Below are positions 39,601 through 50,225 of a DNA stretch of 64,000 bases, one piece after another. The notes under the pieces are model-generated. The model was not told the origin of the DNA. It saw nothing but the letters and a program-made list of their open reading frames with translations, and did not search any database. This DNA comes from Enoplolaimus lenunculus (lineage: Eukaryota): the NCBI GenBank assembly GCA_030248215.1, contig JASANG010000753.1:558001-622000 (forward strand). The letters are read 5' to 3'. The position numbers and the translations under genes are program-made. Each line of letters opens with the position of its first letter. Position 1 is the first letter of the stretch.

Positions 39601-42228
39601 CGGCTTAATCTTATGTTTATTTTAAGCTTACACTTATGTTAAGCTATGGTTTAGGCTGTGGGAAAACGTACTAATGCCATTGCTATGCTGCCGCCAAACG
39701 ACGCGTCAAACTTTATGATGCCGCCAGACGACGCGTCAAACTTTGTGCGGCCGCCAGACGACGCGTCAAACTTTGTTCTACCGCCAGAGGACGCGTCGAA
39801 CTTTGTGCTGCCGCCAGACGACGCGTCAAACTTTGTGCTGCCGTCAGACGACGCGTCAAACTTTGTGCTGCCGCCAGACGACGCGTCAAACTTTGTGCTG
39901 CCGCCAGACGACGCGTCAAACTTTGTGCTGCCGCCAGACGACGCGTCAAACTTTGTGCTGCCGCCAGACGACGCGTCAAACTTTGTGCTGCCGCCAAACG
40001 ACGCGTCAAAATTTGTGCTGCCGCCAGACGACGCGTCAAACTTTTTGGTGCCACCAGACGACGCGTCAAACTTTGTGCTGCCGCCAGACGACGCGTCAAA
40101 CTTTGTGCTGCCGCCAGACGACGCGTCAAACTTTGTGCTGCCGCCAGACGACGCGTCAAACTTTGTGCTGCCGCCAGACGACGCGTCAAACTTTTTGCTG
40201 CCGCCAGACGACGCGTCAAACTTTGTGCTGCCGCCAGACAACGCGTCAAACTGTGTGCTGCCGCAAGACGATGCGTTAAACTTTGACGGCCATACGCCAC
40301 TAAAAAATACGAGGGTCGTGGTGGGCGCAGCCATTTAATATGAACATCAGTAGATTGAAAATGCCCATTGTGAAAATTGCGATTCAAAACATTTGCCAGC
40401 CCGCCTACGCCCCGTCAAAAATTTCTGGATCCGCCGCAGACTGTATAGCAACCCGCGTAAGAGGGGGATGATAAAGATGGAGGCGCCCCATTTTGAGTCC
40501 CAAACAATGAGAGTCTGTCGCTATAATTACAACACATTAGTGGATAGAATCCATAAGTCCTAAATAGAGTCCATGAAGAGGACAAAATCGAAAGAATGGC
40601 CTAAACTGCTCAAATATGTAGCAGACGCTCAGACAACCCGCTAACAGTTCATGCCTCTCGCAGGATATAGTGCGGGTGCGCTTCGGAAACGCAACGTCCG
40701 ACAGTATAGTTAGCCGAACGGATTATATTAGCTATATACAGTTCCACTTAAGTACACAATAGTTTGAAGTGCCGAGACTTCACTGGTTTCCAAAATTTGA
40801 ATTTTTAGCCAAAGCTTAATATTTCCGGCTTGAAACTCAATTTTCCAGAAAAAAATTTGAAATTTCCCGCCGAAATTCAAATTTGCCCACAAAATTCGAC
40901 TTCTCGTGCCAATATTTAGAGTTTTCCCGCCAAAATCTAAATTTAGTTGACAGTTTCATTTTCCGCAAAAATGACGAAACCCGCACATCATTCGATAATT
41001 TGAATGTGTGATACACCGTTGTCTATTAAAGCGCATACTGTAGTGACCCGAATAAGAGGGGGGACTGATATTTATTTGGCCTCTCCAGAGGGTACTCCCC
41101 TTATTATTCGGCTACGTACCGTTATTTATTTTCACCCACGATATATATCCAGTACTGCAATTATCCGTTGAATTTAACGTTTATTTGTCTTGTATCAATA
41201 GCGTGAGCGATAATACAAGGTTATACTTAAAAATGTACTTTCAAAATTTAAGTACGTTTTAAAGTTTCGAACTCAAATTATTTGGTGCTGGAGTCATTTA
41301 TGCGCTACAATTTAGGGTTAATTGACATTTATCGACTCTAATTAGTGTTCAGGGACTCTATTCGCTTACGGACTCTTATTACGGATACGGATTCTTATTG
41401 ATTCGGACTCAAAATGGGGACCACCCTCTTATTACCCTCCTTTTATTCGGTTCAATACAGTACATGTGCACCACATTGTGCTTTACGTGATGCGATGAGA
41501 ACCGCTTTTCAAAAATGCTACATATATGTTCTGTCTGCTCAAAACGATAAGCGCGTTCCTCTCTAGAGGATGCTCTATATTATTCGATTGCGGACTGTTA
41601 TTTATTTTTAATTAACCTCATGTTTTAGTTGAACCCAATAGTCTTTCTTATATTTTAATTTTGGGCTGAACTGATTTGCGTCGAGCTTGTTTCTTGATTA
41701 AATAAAGTTTATGCGGCTTTTGTCTGAGTATCTGTTGAATTCAAAAATTATTACAGTTCTATTAAACGCTTGCGCTGCAATTTGTCAACTAGTTTCTGTA
41801 GTTGAATTTGGAAAAAATTAACAAAATCTTGCAGTAAACAGTTGGTTAGAATTTAATTGCAATCCTTAACACTAAATCAGCCACGCCGCCAATTTAAAAA
41901 CTAATTTTAAAAATTTTCAGTTATGAACCATCCACGTTATACTGATTGCGCTACTGCAAACAGGAAATGTATCGTGCCACTTGCAAAACTCTCACGGTCT
42001 GAGTAAGGCCCGACGTCATTTTAACACACTCTATTACGAGACCACTATAAAGTTCAGTAGTCCCTAACGAGGACGTAATGATATATCGCACTGTGTTCTT
42101 CGCGAACATACATTATAACAACACAAACACATATGTACAACAATTTATATAGATTTTTCGGCCAGCGTCCACGGACGATTATGTCCGTTCCCAAATACTA
42201 AATCCTTACTGGTTGTTGGCGGGTCCAT
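18650..42228 (-). CDS. LMLN: Leishmanolysin-like peptidase / invadolysin (peptidase M8), 18 exons, about 647 aa
   Basis: Minus-strand exons with consistent phases: 42228-42210 (tentative first exon MDPPTT), 36139-36054 (signal peptide, HCVHYP), 35387-35281 (RHKR), 34652-34622, 33476-33394, 32238-32121 ([13 protein letters not shown]), 30610-30411 (ADFVLYV), 29174-29069 ([10 protein letters not shown]...HEILHSL zinc motif), 28008-27911 (GFS), 26608-26494 (MVTPKVV), 26148-26044 ([20 protein letters not shown]), 25265-25189 (NEAMTG Met-turn, [12 protein letters not shown]), 24112-24002 (WYRVNY), 23533-23407, 22723-22634 (YGG..IADYC), 21246-21013 (GAGCY), 20065-19910 (GEIVCPKC), 18730-18650 (stop). 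The first and last exons are less certain than the core. Confidence 0.9.
18833..19168. mobile_element. Family D hAT-like MITE
   Basis: Perfect 8-bp duplication ATAGAAAC. Confidence 0.75.
19217..20972. mobile_element. Three family B fold-back MITEs (19217-19333, 19604-19866, 20773-20972) in LMLN introns
   Basis: Same CACTGCAAAAAATG...CATTTTTTGCAGTG termini and internal motif. Confidence 0.8.
20109..20413. mobile_element. Family A MITE with internal duplications
   Basis: TIRs; (TTAGGC)n blocks; flanks ATAAATTT/ATATATTT. Confidence 0.8.
22152..22266. mobile_element. Family D hAT-like MITE with (ACCGGA)n core
   Basis: CAGGGTGCAACCGGAATT...AATTCCGGTTGTACCCTG; perfect duplication GCTAAGAT. Confidence 0.85.
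22825..22977. mobile_element. Family A MITE
   Basis: TIRs; flanks AATTACAC/AATTAGAC. Confidence 0.8.
23574..23770. repeat. (ATTT/ATCT)n microsatellite
   Basis: Direct reading. Confidence 0.95.
24595..24965. mobile_element. Family C MITE (CTGTAGTGACCCGAATAAG TIR, TA flanks; Tc1/mariner-like)
   Basis: TIRs with TA on both sides; homologous to the copies at 33573, 41038 and 49455. Confidence 0.75.
28719..28918. mobile_element. Family A MITE
   Basis: TIRs; perfect 8-bp duplication GAATTTTC. Confidence 0.85.
31405..32082. mobile_element. About 680-bp TIR element with CA(C/T)ACAAAATAAATTGTCT ends and iterated AAGAC/GTCTT motifs
   Basis: 19-bp TIR (18/19), TA flanks, subterminal repeats. Confidence 0.65.
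33573..34014. mobile_element. Family C MITE (reverse orientation)
   Basis: About 440 bp, TA-flanked, reverse complement of the 41038 copy. Confidence 0.75.
35421..35648. mobile_element. Family A MITE
   Basis: Long (GCCTAA)n core; CAATGAGT on both flanks; left end degenerate. Confidence 0.75.
36939..37177. mobile_element. Family A MITE
   Basis: TIRs; flanks GACAAAGG/GACAAACG. Confidence 0.8.
39685..40285. repeat. Minisatellite, 30-bp unit TGCTGCCGCCAGACGACGCGTCAAACTTTG, about 20 copies
   Basis: Highly homogeneous head-to-tail array with no spacers. Confidence 0.95.
41038..41460. mobile_element. Family C MITE
   Basis: TA-CTGTAGTGACCCGAATAAG...TTATTCGGTTCAATACAG-TA. Confidence 0.75.
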
Positions 42229-43131
42229 TTCACTTTCTGTCGAATCGAATCTGAGTTGTTCAATTTTAAACTTTACATCAATTTTGTCATCGCCTCCTGG
42301 ACATGGGACCATGTTACTTTTAAGGGCGTCCCGCTTTCACACTGCGGATAGCAATGGACTAAAATTAGGCTTTTGAGTAATTTATTGTACTTTAAGCTCA
42401 TGGCTTAGGCTCGGTTTTAGGTTATCCCTAAGTTTCAACTTAAATTCGGCTTAGGAAACGCTTAATTTCATACTTCAAATAGATTTTTCAACCAATATCG
42501 AAGTTATATAAGTAGGTCAATTTTTCAGCTAATTATATATATATAACTCAAAAATTTCAATGTATACAGGTTGACATTTGAGTGCTATGATATTGTTTGT
42601 ATTCCTAGAAATGTTACTTTTTTTAACGAACTTTGATTGTTTCACAATCCAGAGCGCATATTAATACAAGAGTGTGCAAACTCTTGGGGTTCCGCATGGT
42701 ACAAAACGTACCACCGGGCGTTGAGTTTTTGGCCGACCCGCGCCCTATAATTCTGAGCTTAGGCTTCTGAGTTGATTCAACTCATTCTGAGTTAAAATCA
42801 ACTTACTGGAATTTACAATGAGTGTATTTCAGAACGAGAGCGGGGGATATACGCTACCCCACGAGAATTTTTGTGATAAAACGATAGGACCCGAACCTTA
42901 CAATTTTTTCCTGCTAAAGCCTGTATGAGATATTTTTGTACCCTTCGGAAGTTTCACGAGGGGTCAAATATCTTTGTAAAACGGCTTATGGAAGTTTGTA
43001 AGATGTTTTGATTAAATACAAAAATTTCAAGTTACTCTTAAACAGAAAGAGTACGAGTAACGTATTAAAAGTGGGTTGCTATTTCAAGTTTACTGTGTGA
43101 TCTTTAACGCCACAGCTTTAGTTAATTAAGG

Positions 43132-43441
43132 CAAGAGTGCATGGTACTCTTTAACAAGAGTATGCAACTCTGCTGGTCATCCATACTACAAAATGTGCCA
43201 CCGGGCGTTGCGTTTCTGGCCGACCCTCCTTATTTAGAGAGGGGGTCGTTATCACATGCATAACCCATAAATTAAACTATAAGCGGAGCATTTTTGATGC
43301 CGGATACGTAAAGTGCCATGGTTCGCACATGTTGTACCCTTCTCTTAATAAGGAGGTGGGTTGAAAACACAAAGCGTTCCGGGTACATTTGGTACCATGC
43401 GGAACCCCCAAGAGTTGTATACTCTTGTATCATGCATTCTT
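43132..43441. mobile_element. MITE with CAAGAG termini (P-element-like ends)
   Basis: Perfect 8-bp duplication AATTAAGG; homologues at about 39120-39465 and 47060-47350. Confidence 0.65.
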
Positions 43442-45297
43442 AATTAAGGTAAGTAATGTCAACGTTCCAACTTCATTGTTAGACATAAAAATTTGATTTT
43501 GGCGAATCTGCAAATGCTTGAAATCCGTCCTGCTAGAAAAAAACTTATTTCAACCGCCATTCAATGACCCTACCCCTGTTGCATGCTCTTGTTGAAGTAT
43601 ACAATCATCGACACTTGATAGAATGTATTTTGCTATAAACAGACATCGCTGGCATTTGATACGGGGGAGTGTACAAACCGGGACGAACGTACCACCGGAA
43701 TGTTTTTGATAAGCAAGAGAACATTGCGTTTTGTATAGGCTTTTTGACTAAACCTGCTGGATCTATAATGGATCACAAAAATTGGTATCACTCGCAAAGC
43801 TCGCACGCCATATAACAGTTTCAGGAGGTTAATAGGCTTCCGAAATGAAATCCTTGCGAAATATACTCAAACTACTGCTGCTGGTGGTGGTTTTAAAATT
43901 GAAACGACACTCAGGTTCATAAAATGTTTTCTGTTGTACCCTTTTTACAATATATAAACATAAGGCTTCGGCTTAAGTAAGCCTTTTTCTATAAACGTAA
44001 GCCTATAAGCCTGAGCCTAAGCTTGCGGGTTAAACCGGTATTACGGTAGCTCGTCAACCCGACAACTCGATGCCAAAGTGTTGTTACAACTCGTCGACCA
44101 AATTATGCCCCGTTTGGGCTCAGGTGAGCGGCGTCGACGAGATGACGGGGTGAAACGTTGTCGAGGTCGATGAAATGTTGAATGTACGAGTCGCTATTCG
44201 ACGAGATTGTCCGGCGACGAATTGTAGCTGATTCAAGTGTAGTGTACTACAGCCATTGCATCTGCAGTTTTGAAATAATTCAATCTGTAACCGAATACCA
44301 AGAGGGGTACCTTCTGGAGAGGTCAAATAAGTATCAGTCCCCCGGTCTTATTCGGGTCACTACAGAACATATTTTTCTCTTGAAATTAATTGATGTATAC
44401 CACTTATAATTTATACATTTTTCCGAAATTTGCATCAATTTACCTGGTTTTTTAAACCATTTTCGGGATTATAGGCAAGGTATTGCTGGTTTGAGACAGT
44501 ATTATCATTTCCAATTACTTCATTTCGATGGTTATATAATGCGAAGCCAATGTAAATTTTATATTGTGCCAGCTCACTGGGAAATATACTGAGACATTGC
44601 GACTTAGACGCTGGATCGGATAGATTCAGGCAGGCTTCAGGCTTATAGTCTCAGGATAAGGTTTATATTTTGTAACGGATACGCTAAGGATTCGGCATAG
44701 GCGTAGGATTTGGTTAGGTTTAGTTTGTGGCTTAGGGGCTGGGCGATCCGTCACAATTAACATTTACCTAATTTGCAATAAAAGTGTGTTTTGGATTTAG
44801 CGATATCACGACAATTCGTCTCTCGACAACTTGTCGACCAACAACTTGTAATCAGACATTTCATCGACTCGACAATTCATGGTTCATCATTACACTTAGG
44901 CTTAGGATTACGCTTAATAGAATTATGCTTAGGTTTACTAATAAGCTCTAGAAATCTTTTGGGCTACAAGTTATGCGGTGACGAATTGCCGTAGATTCCG
45001 TTTTAACAAATTCTTCAAACGGATCGTTTTAGTGTTTCTTATGTTTTTCTTCACAGCTTCGGTATGCAGCGCACTGATGCAAAAAAGATTCAGTGCGCTG
45101 CACACTGAGGCCAAAATGCTTCAGCTTGCAGCACACTGAAGCTTTTTTGACTTCAGTATACTACGCACGGAAGCATTTTGGCCGCAGTGTGCAGCGCACT
45201 GAATCTTTTTTGGCATCAGTGCGCTGTACACTAAAAGTAAATCTGGTGAACGCATGATATTGTGGACATTGCATAGCCAATTTCTGACTGCTGTAAT

Positions 45298-45530
45298 CAG
45301 AGGCGGATCCAGCAATTTCTGACGGGGGCGGCGGCTGGCAAATGTTATAAAACGCAAAAAATGTAAGGTAGGGACCTTACCATTTTATCACAAAAAAATT
45401 CTGCTGGAAAAATTGATTTTTGCAACAAATTTTGTGAAGGGAAAAAGTGTAAAGTAGGGACCTTAGCATTTTAACACAAAAAATTTCTGATGGGGAGAGC
45501 GTACGCCCCCCCCCTCTGGATCTGCTAGTG
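45298..45530. mobile_element. hAT-like MITE (CAGAGGCGGATCCAG end)
   Basis: TIRs; flanks GCTGTAAT/GCTGCAAT; relatives near 13597-13800 and 55510-55712. Confidence 0.65.
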
Positions 45531-45656
45531 GCTGCAATATATTATTCTCATTAGAGCTATATTATTTCGCAACAGTTTTAGATTAAAGGATATTCGTAAC
45601 AGACGCCATAAATAGGAACATGAACTAAATATTCTGAGGGAACATAAGCTTTCGCT

Positions 45657-48600
45657 ATGCTGATATTTCACAACCGAAACGTTTGCGTTTCGAGCATTTC
45701 CAAGCCAGACGGGTTTGCGAGCAAAGCGCTACGAGGCGTTATATTGTCATGTTTATTATCGGCCATTTTTATACTTTATTTAGTTTTGAGATGGCAGGAT
45801 ACTACCAAGCAGCGTCTAGAATCTGTTCAAGAAAAACCTGCCAAAGATGAGTTCGGTTTCAGAATGGCAACAAGGGCGCGGCCGAAGCGGGATGGGCTTC
45901 GCAGGTCAACCCACGCTTAAAACCACGGTTTCAATGTTATATAAAACGTAGCATCGGACCTGTAGCCAGCTCAAATTGCTGTGGGATTGCTAAAAAATTT
46001 TTAAGGATGGGCATACAAAGAGTTTCGGCGACTGATAAGCATATTTTCCAATGTTCCAGGGCAAGAAATTGTTTCGGAACGGTTAAGCCTCCATACACTT
46101 TTCCCTATAGTTGTGGGCACGCGGCGCCTGATTCTAAAATCCTGGCTACATACATAAATGGAAAAGTATGTGTTTTGTTCAGGGGCCAAAATCGTTCTGA
46201 TGAAAGGGTTCTACTTTTGGGAGACATAAGACTCATTTTATTAGAAGCGTACACTCGAAATTTCTGTGAGATGACTTTAACTCAGACTGAGTCGAATCAC
46301 TAGTTAGGACTGTGAGAACTCGAAATTTTGAGTTGATTTAATTCATTCTGAGTTAACTAATCAGCTCAGCCAGAGTCAACTTAACTCATAGAGAGAATCA
46401 GCTCAACTCAGAGTGAGTTAATAATGTTTGCTGTTATTAATTCAGAAATAACCAACTCGCTAGCTGAGTTGATTAATCAATTGATTAGAATTTACAGTGT
46501 AGTAAACCCTCAAAATATTAATATGGCCATGAACATTATCAGATTTAAAGATACAAAATTTTTGGAGCTGTGCTTGCTTAAACTCTGAACATCAGTGGTT
46601 CCAGCTTTCTCGGTATCTCGATCTGGTATCGAAAGATTTGTAAGCTATAATTTTAACAAAAACTTGACCATTTTTGTCAAAATTTTAGTTAAATGTTTTT
46701 TTTTGTACTTTTCAGGCTTACACACTAGTCTGCGTTACTGTTTTGAGAACGAAAATGCAACAAAAACCGTACGTTGCGGTCGAAAATTTCAACTGAAATC
46801 AAATCGAATTTTACAAAATTTAAGTCTGACCCGATTCGGTATTGAAAATACAGCCGATGATGATGAAGTTCTTAAAATGCGACCAGTATTCGTAACCGCA
46901 ATTTCGCAAGAATACTTTTTTGTAAGTTTTTTACGCGACAGCTTTTCAGTGTTTTTCCGATATTTTTTCACTCTGGCAATTTTTGTAATAATTTTATAAA
47001 TTTTATTTCAGATTTATTATTTCGCTAAATTTCACCAAAAGCGGATAATCGCTATTTAGCAAGAGTTTGCAACTGGGCAGATTCTGTGTTGGAAAGAATG
47101 TACCCGGCACGCGTTGCGTTTTTGCGCTACTCCACATTTATTCAGAGAGGGGGTACGACCGGTGCCAACCGTGACACTTTTGTACGCAGCAGCAACCATG
47201 CTCCCTTTATAGTTTTATTTAGGGATTTTCATGTGATAGAGACCCTCTTTAAACTGGAGGGGGTCGGCCAAAAAACGCAACGCCCCGATGGTACATGTTG
47301 TATTATGCGGGACCCCAAGAGTTGCACACTTTTGTCATTATCTACTCTTGGCTTCACAAATCAATTTGAACAAAAATTCGCACCAGATTCCAAACTCGTA
47401 AACAGAAACGCATATTCGATTTTTGTCCAACTTTGAATAAAAAATTCACGTAATTTTGGAATTCTTTCTGTTTGTTTGTTTGTTTGTTTCAGTCGGGTCA
47501 ATTCCTGTCAGATTGGTTCAAAGCCTATTTGTAGCCCTAAGTCTGAGTATAATTTAAATTTCAGAATATTTCAATTTTTTGTAGTTTTAGGTGGCTCACG
47601 TTAACATTTTCGAACCGTTCGGCCGGTATTTCGCGAATGAAAGCTACGGCCGCAGAGTTGATACCCTAGTAGTCTACGATCTCGGGTTAACTAGACGTCA
47701 AGTTCGTAGGGTTATGCTTGAATTTTCATTCATTCAACTTCGCACATTTCAATTCGATTTATATCCGCCGAGCGTTCGAAATTTGAAAAATTATCAATGG
47801 AAACCGTTGATTGTTGCTCAAATGATCCAAGAGTTTGGTGCTGTTTTGTGGCTTGATTCTAGTTGCCGAATTGCAGGTATAACGTCTGTACCGTTAGTGA
47901 CCCGAGAATAACAATTGGCCGGAACCAGAATCGGAACATATAATTTTGCCCCTGAATTTTAGTTGGAATCCGAATTTCGTTGTATAGCCCTTGCAGCTCA
48001 GTACAGTATACATAATTGAAAATGGTTTAGAAAAGCTTTTAAACTACAGAAGGCCCATGTAAAGATCAGGGACGGAACGTTTTTCTGTTGGACTAGAAAA
48101 AGTAAGCTTAAGCTTTAGTCTAATTTTTTTGCTTGGCTTAGGCTTTGGTTTAGGCTTAGGAATATGCTATATACTGTTGCGCACCTGTTCTTTACATTGG
48201 CCCAATTGAATATCAGAGGATACACCAGCGTACACTGCAAAAAATGGTGAGTCAAAATGACTCCCTCCAAAATAGGCTCTACGGGACTACACAAACTGAG
48301 TCAAAATTCGACTCCACCAGAGTCAAACGTGCGATTTAGCGAGTCAAATTTGATTCTATTGGAGTCGAATTTGGCTCAGTTTGTGTAGTCCCGTAGAGCC
48401 TATTTCGGAGAGAGTCAATTTGACTCACCATTTTTTGCAGTGTATACGCGTAAATGTTCCTCAGCCAAATCAAAACGTTCTAAACAGTCGAGTTTATATT
48501 TTAGCAGAAATCGATCCGTTGTTGCGAAAAATCCAAAATCATGAGCTTTACCCGCACGTTTCAGTACAAAGCGGAACCGGACATAGTATTTTTGCAGCGA

Positions 48601-50225
48601 CCCGGCCTCAAATGTACAAGTTTCTTCCATTGCCAGATGATGCAAAATATACCGAAATGGTCGCTGCGTCTTGCCAACTGAGTTTCGGTACCCGACGTGT
48701 AAAGGTGTTGTGATTTTACATTTGTTAGCACCCAGGGGCGTCCGCAGAAAGTTATATCTGGCAGGCATTGTATAACTTTGCGAGCAGCACCCTACAATTG
48801 CAATTTAAGATTGTTCACTTTTAGTTCGGGTATATTTAGGGGCACCAGCCAAATTTAGGGGGTGCACGCCTGTTTAATATATTCGTGGGAACGCCCGCCG
48901 TGTTTCAGTTTGACAATTTATTTCTATAACTCGCTGTATTAGCAGTAATATACTTTGCTTTAAGTAGCGTTCACAAGAACAGTAATTAGAGGAAGATTAA
49001 CATTCTAGCAACATTTTGGAGGTTATCTCAGTTTTACCCTTTTCCACATGAGTGTTTTCAATGAGAGCTGCAAGCTGCCCCGCGGGTAAATGCACGCTGC
49101 CTGATTCTTTACCCTCCTAAAATTTTCATAAAAAAGTTGAAACCAGATAATGCAGAAAAACTTACATTTTAAACTGTTCTTTCTTTACCGTATGAGAGTG
49201 AGAAATAAGTATGGCGAATACCATCAAAGCAGTGTAAAATTACACAATTGTATTGAACGCAGAAGAAAAAACGGCGGCAAAAGGCGGGTAACGAGTAAAC
49301 AAATTTTGCGCGGGTATACCATACCTGCGGGTACAAAGAAGTAAAATTTCCGCGCGTATTGCGCAGCGAGGGTAAAAAATCTATACTCACTTACGTTTCT
49401 GATTTCATCTCTAGATTTGAATGTTAGGTTTCTCTGACAAAGAGTGGCGTTTTACTGTTTCGAATAAGAGGGGGAAGGGTAATAAGAGGGGGACCCCATT
49501 TTGAGTCTCGATCAATAAGAGTCCGTATCCGTAGTAAGAGTCTGTAAGCGAATAGAGTCCCTAAACCGTAATTAGAGTCCATAAATGACAATTATTCCTA
49601 ATTGTAGCACATAAATGACTCCAGGACCAAATCAAGTTGAGTTCGAAACTTAAAGCGTAAGTACTTAAGTTTTGAAAATAACATTCAAAGTATAACCTTG
49701 CATTATCGCTCAAGCTTTTGATGCAAGGCAAAAACGTTTAATTCAACGGATAGTTGCAGTACCGGATATATATCAGTAACGAAGGGTGGCGGAGCGTGGG
49801 TTAAAATAAATAACAGTCCGTAACCGAATAGCAAGGTGGGGTACCCTCTGGAGAGGCCAAATAAATATCAGTCCCCCTCTCTTATTCTGGTCACTACAGT
49901 ATAAACAATAAAATTTGAAAATTTTTTTCCATGAATCTTGTGATAAAAACTTTTCAAATGCCTATTTCAGAAAGATATTCTTCGCTACTGGGTCGCGTGT
50001 GCGCTCGAACCCGGGTGTCTAGCCAGTCGCAACTTTGACAAACCAGACGTCCTGACGTGCTATTTTGCTAATGACCGATACAAGCGCTATGCGCACTGCA
50101 ATCGTTTTGATCAATCTGCACTTGCAATTTTACTTGGCAACGCGAATCGGTTCAATACTACGCGATATGTCTACAACGACGTTGGCCTAATTTCAATTGT
50201 TCGATATGATATCGGACGCCGTTGA
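45657..50225 (+). CDS. DUF1647-family protein (type II membrane, glycosyltransferase-like), paralogue 1, 5 exons
   Basis: Exon 1 from ATG 45657 has a TM anchor; its donor is uncertain (about 45846-45855). Other exons: 46716-46921 (PVFVTAIS), 47591-47876 (VVYDLGL, YQWKPLIVAQ, WLDSS), 48505/48508-48704, and 49971-50225 (WVACAL..C, HCNRFDQSALAILL, TGA). Introns 2-4 are GT-AG with matching phases. Confidence 0.8.
48052..48202. mobile_element. Family A MITE in intron 3 of DUF1647 paralogue 1
   Basis: GGCCCATGTAAAGATCAGGGACGGAAC...CTTTACATTGGCC. Confidence 0.75.
48233..48442. mobile_element. Family B fold-back MITE
   Basis: TA-CACTGCAAAAAATGG...CCATTTTTTGCAGTG-TA. Confidence 0.8.
49455..49899. 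mobile_element. Family C MITE (reverse orientation)
   Basis: Homologous to 33573-34014; TA flanks. Confidence 0.75.

Noticed and set aside
39685..40285. CRISPR-like array
   Set aside because: Units are contiguous with no unique spacers, the context is eukaryotic and there are no cas genes. The same applies to 3150-3385.
39651..40387. Four overlapping 178-227 aa ORFs
   Set aside because: Artefacts of a 30-bp tandem repeat that lacks stops in several frames; no unique flanking domain.
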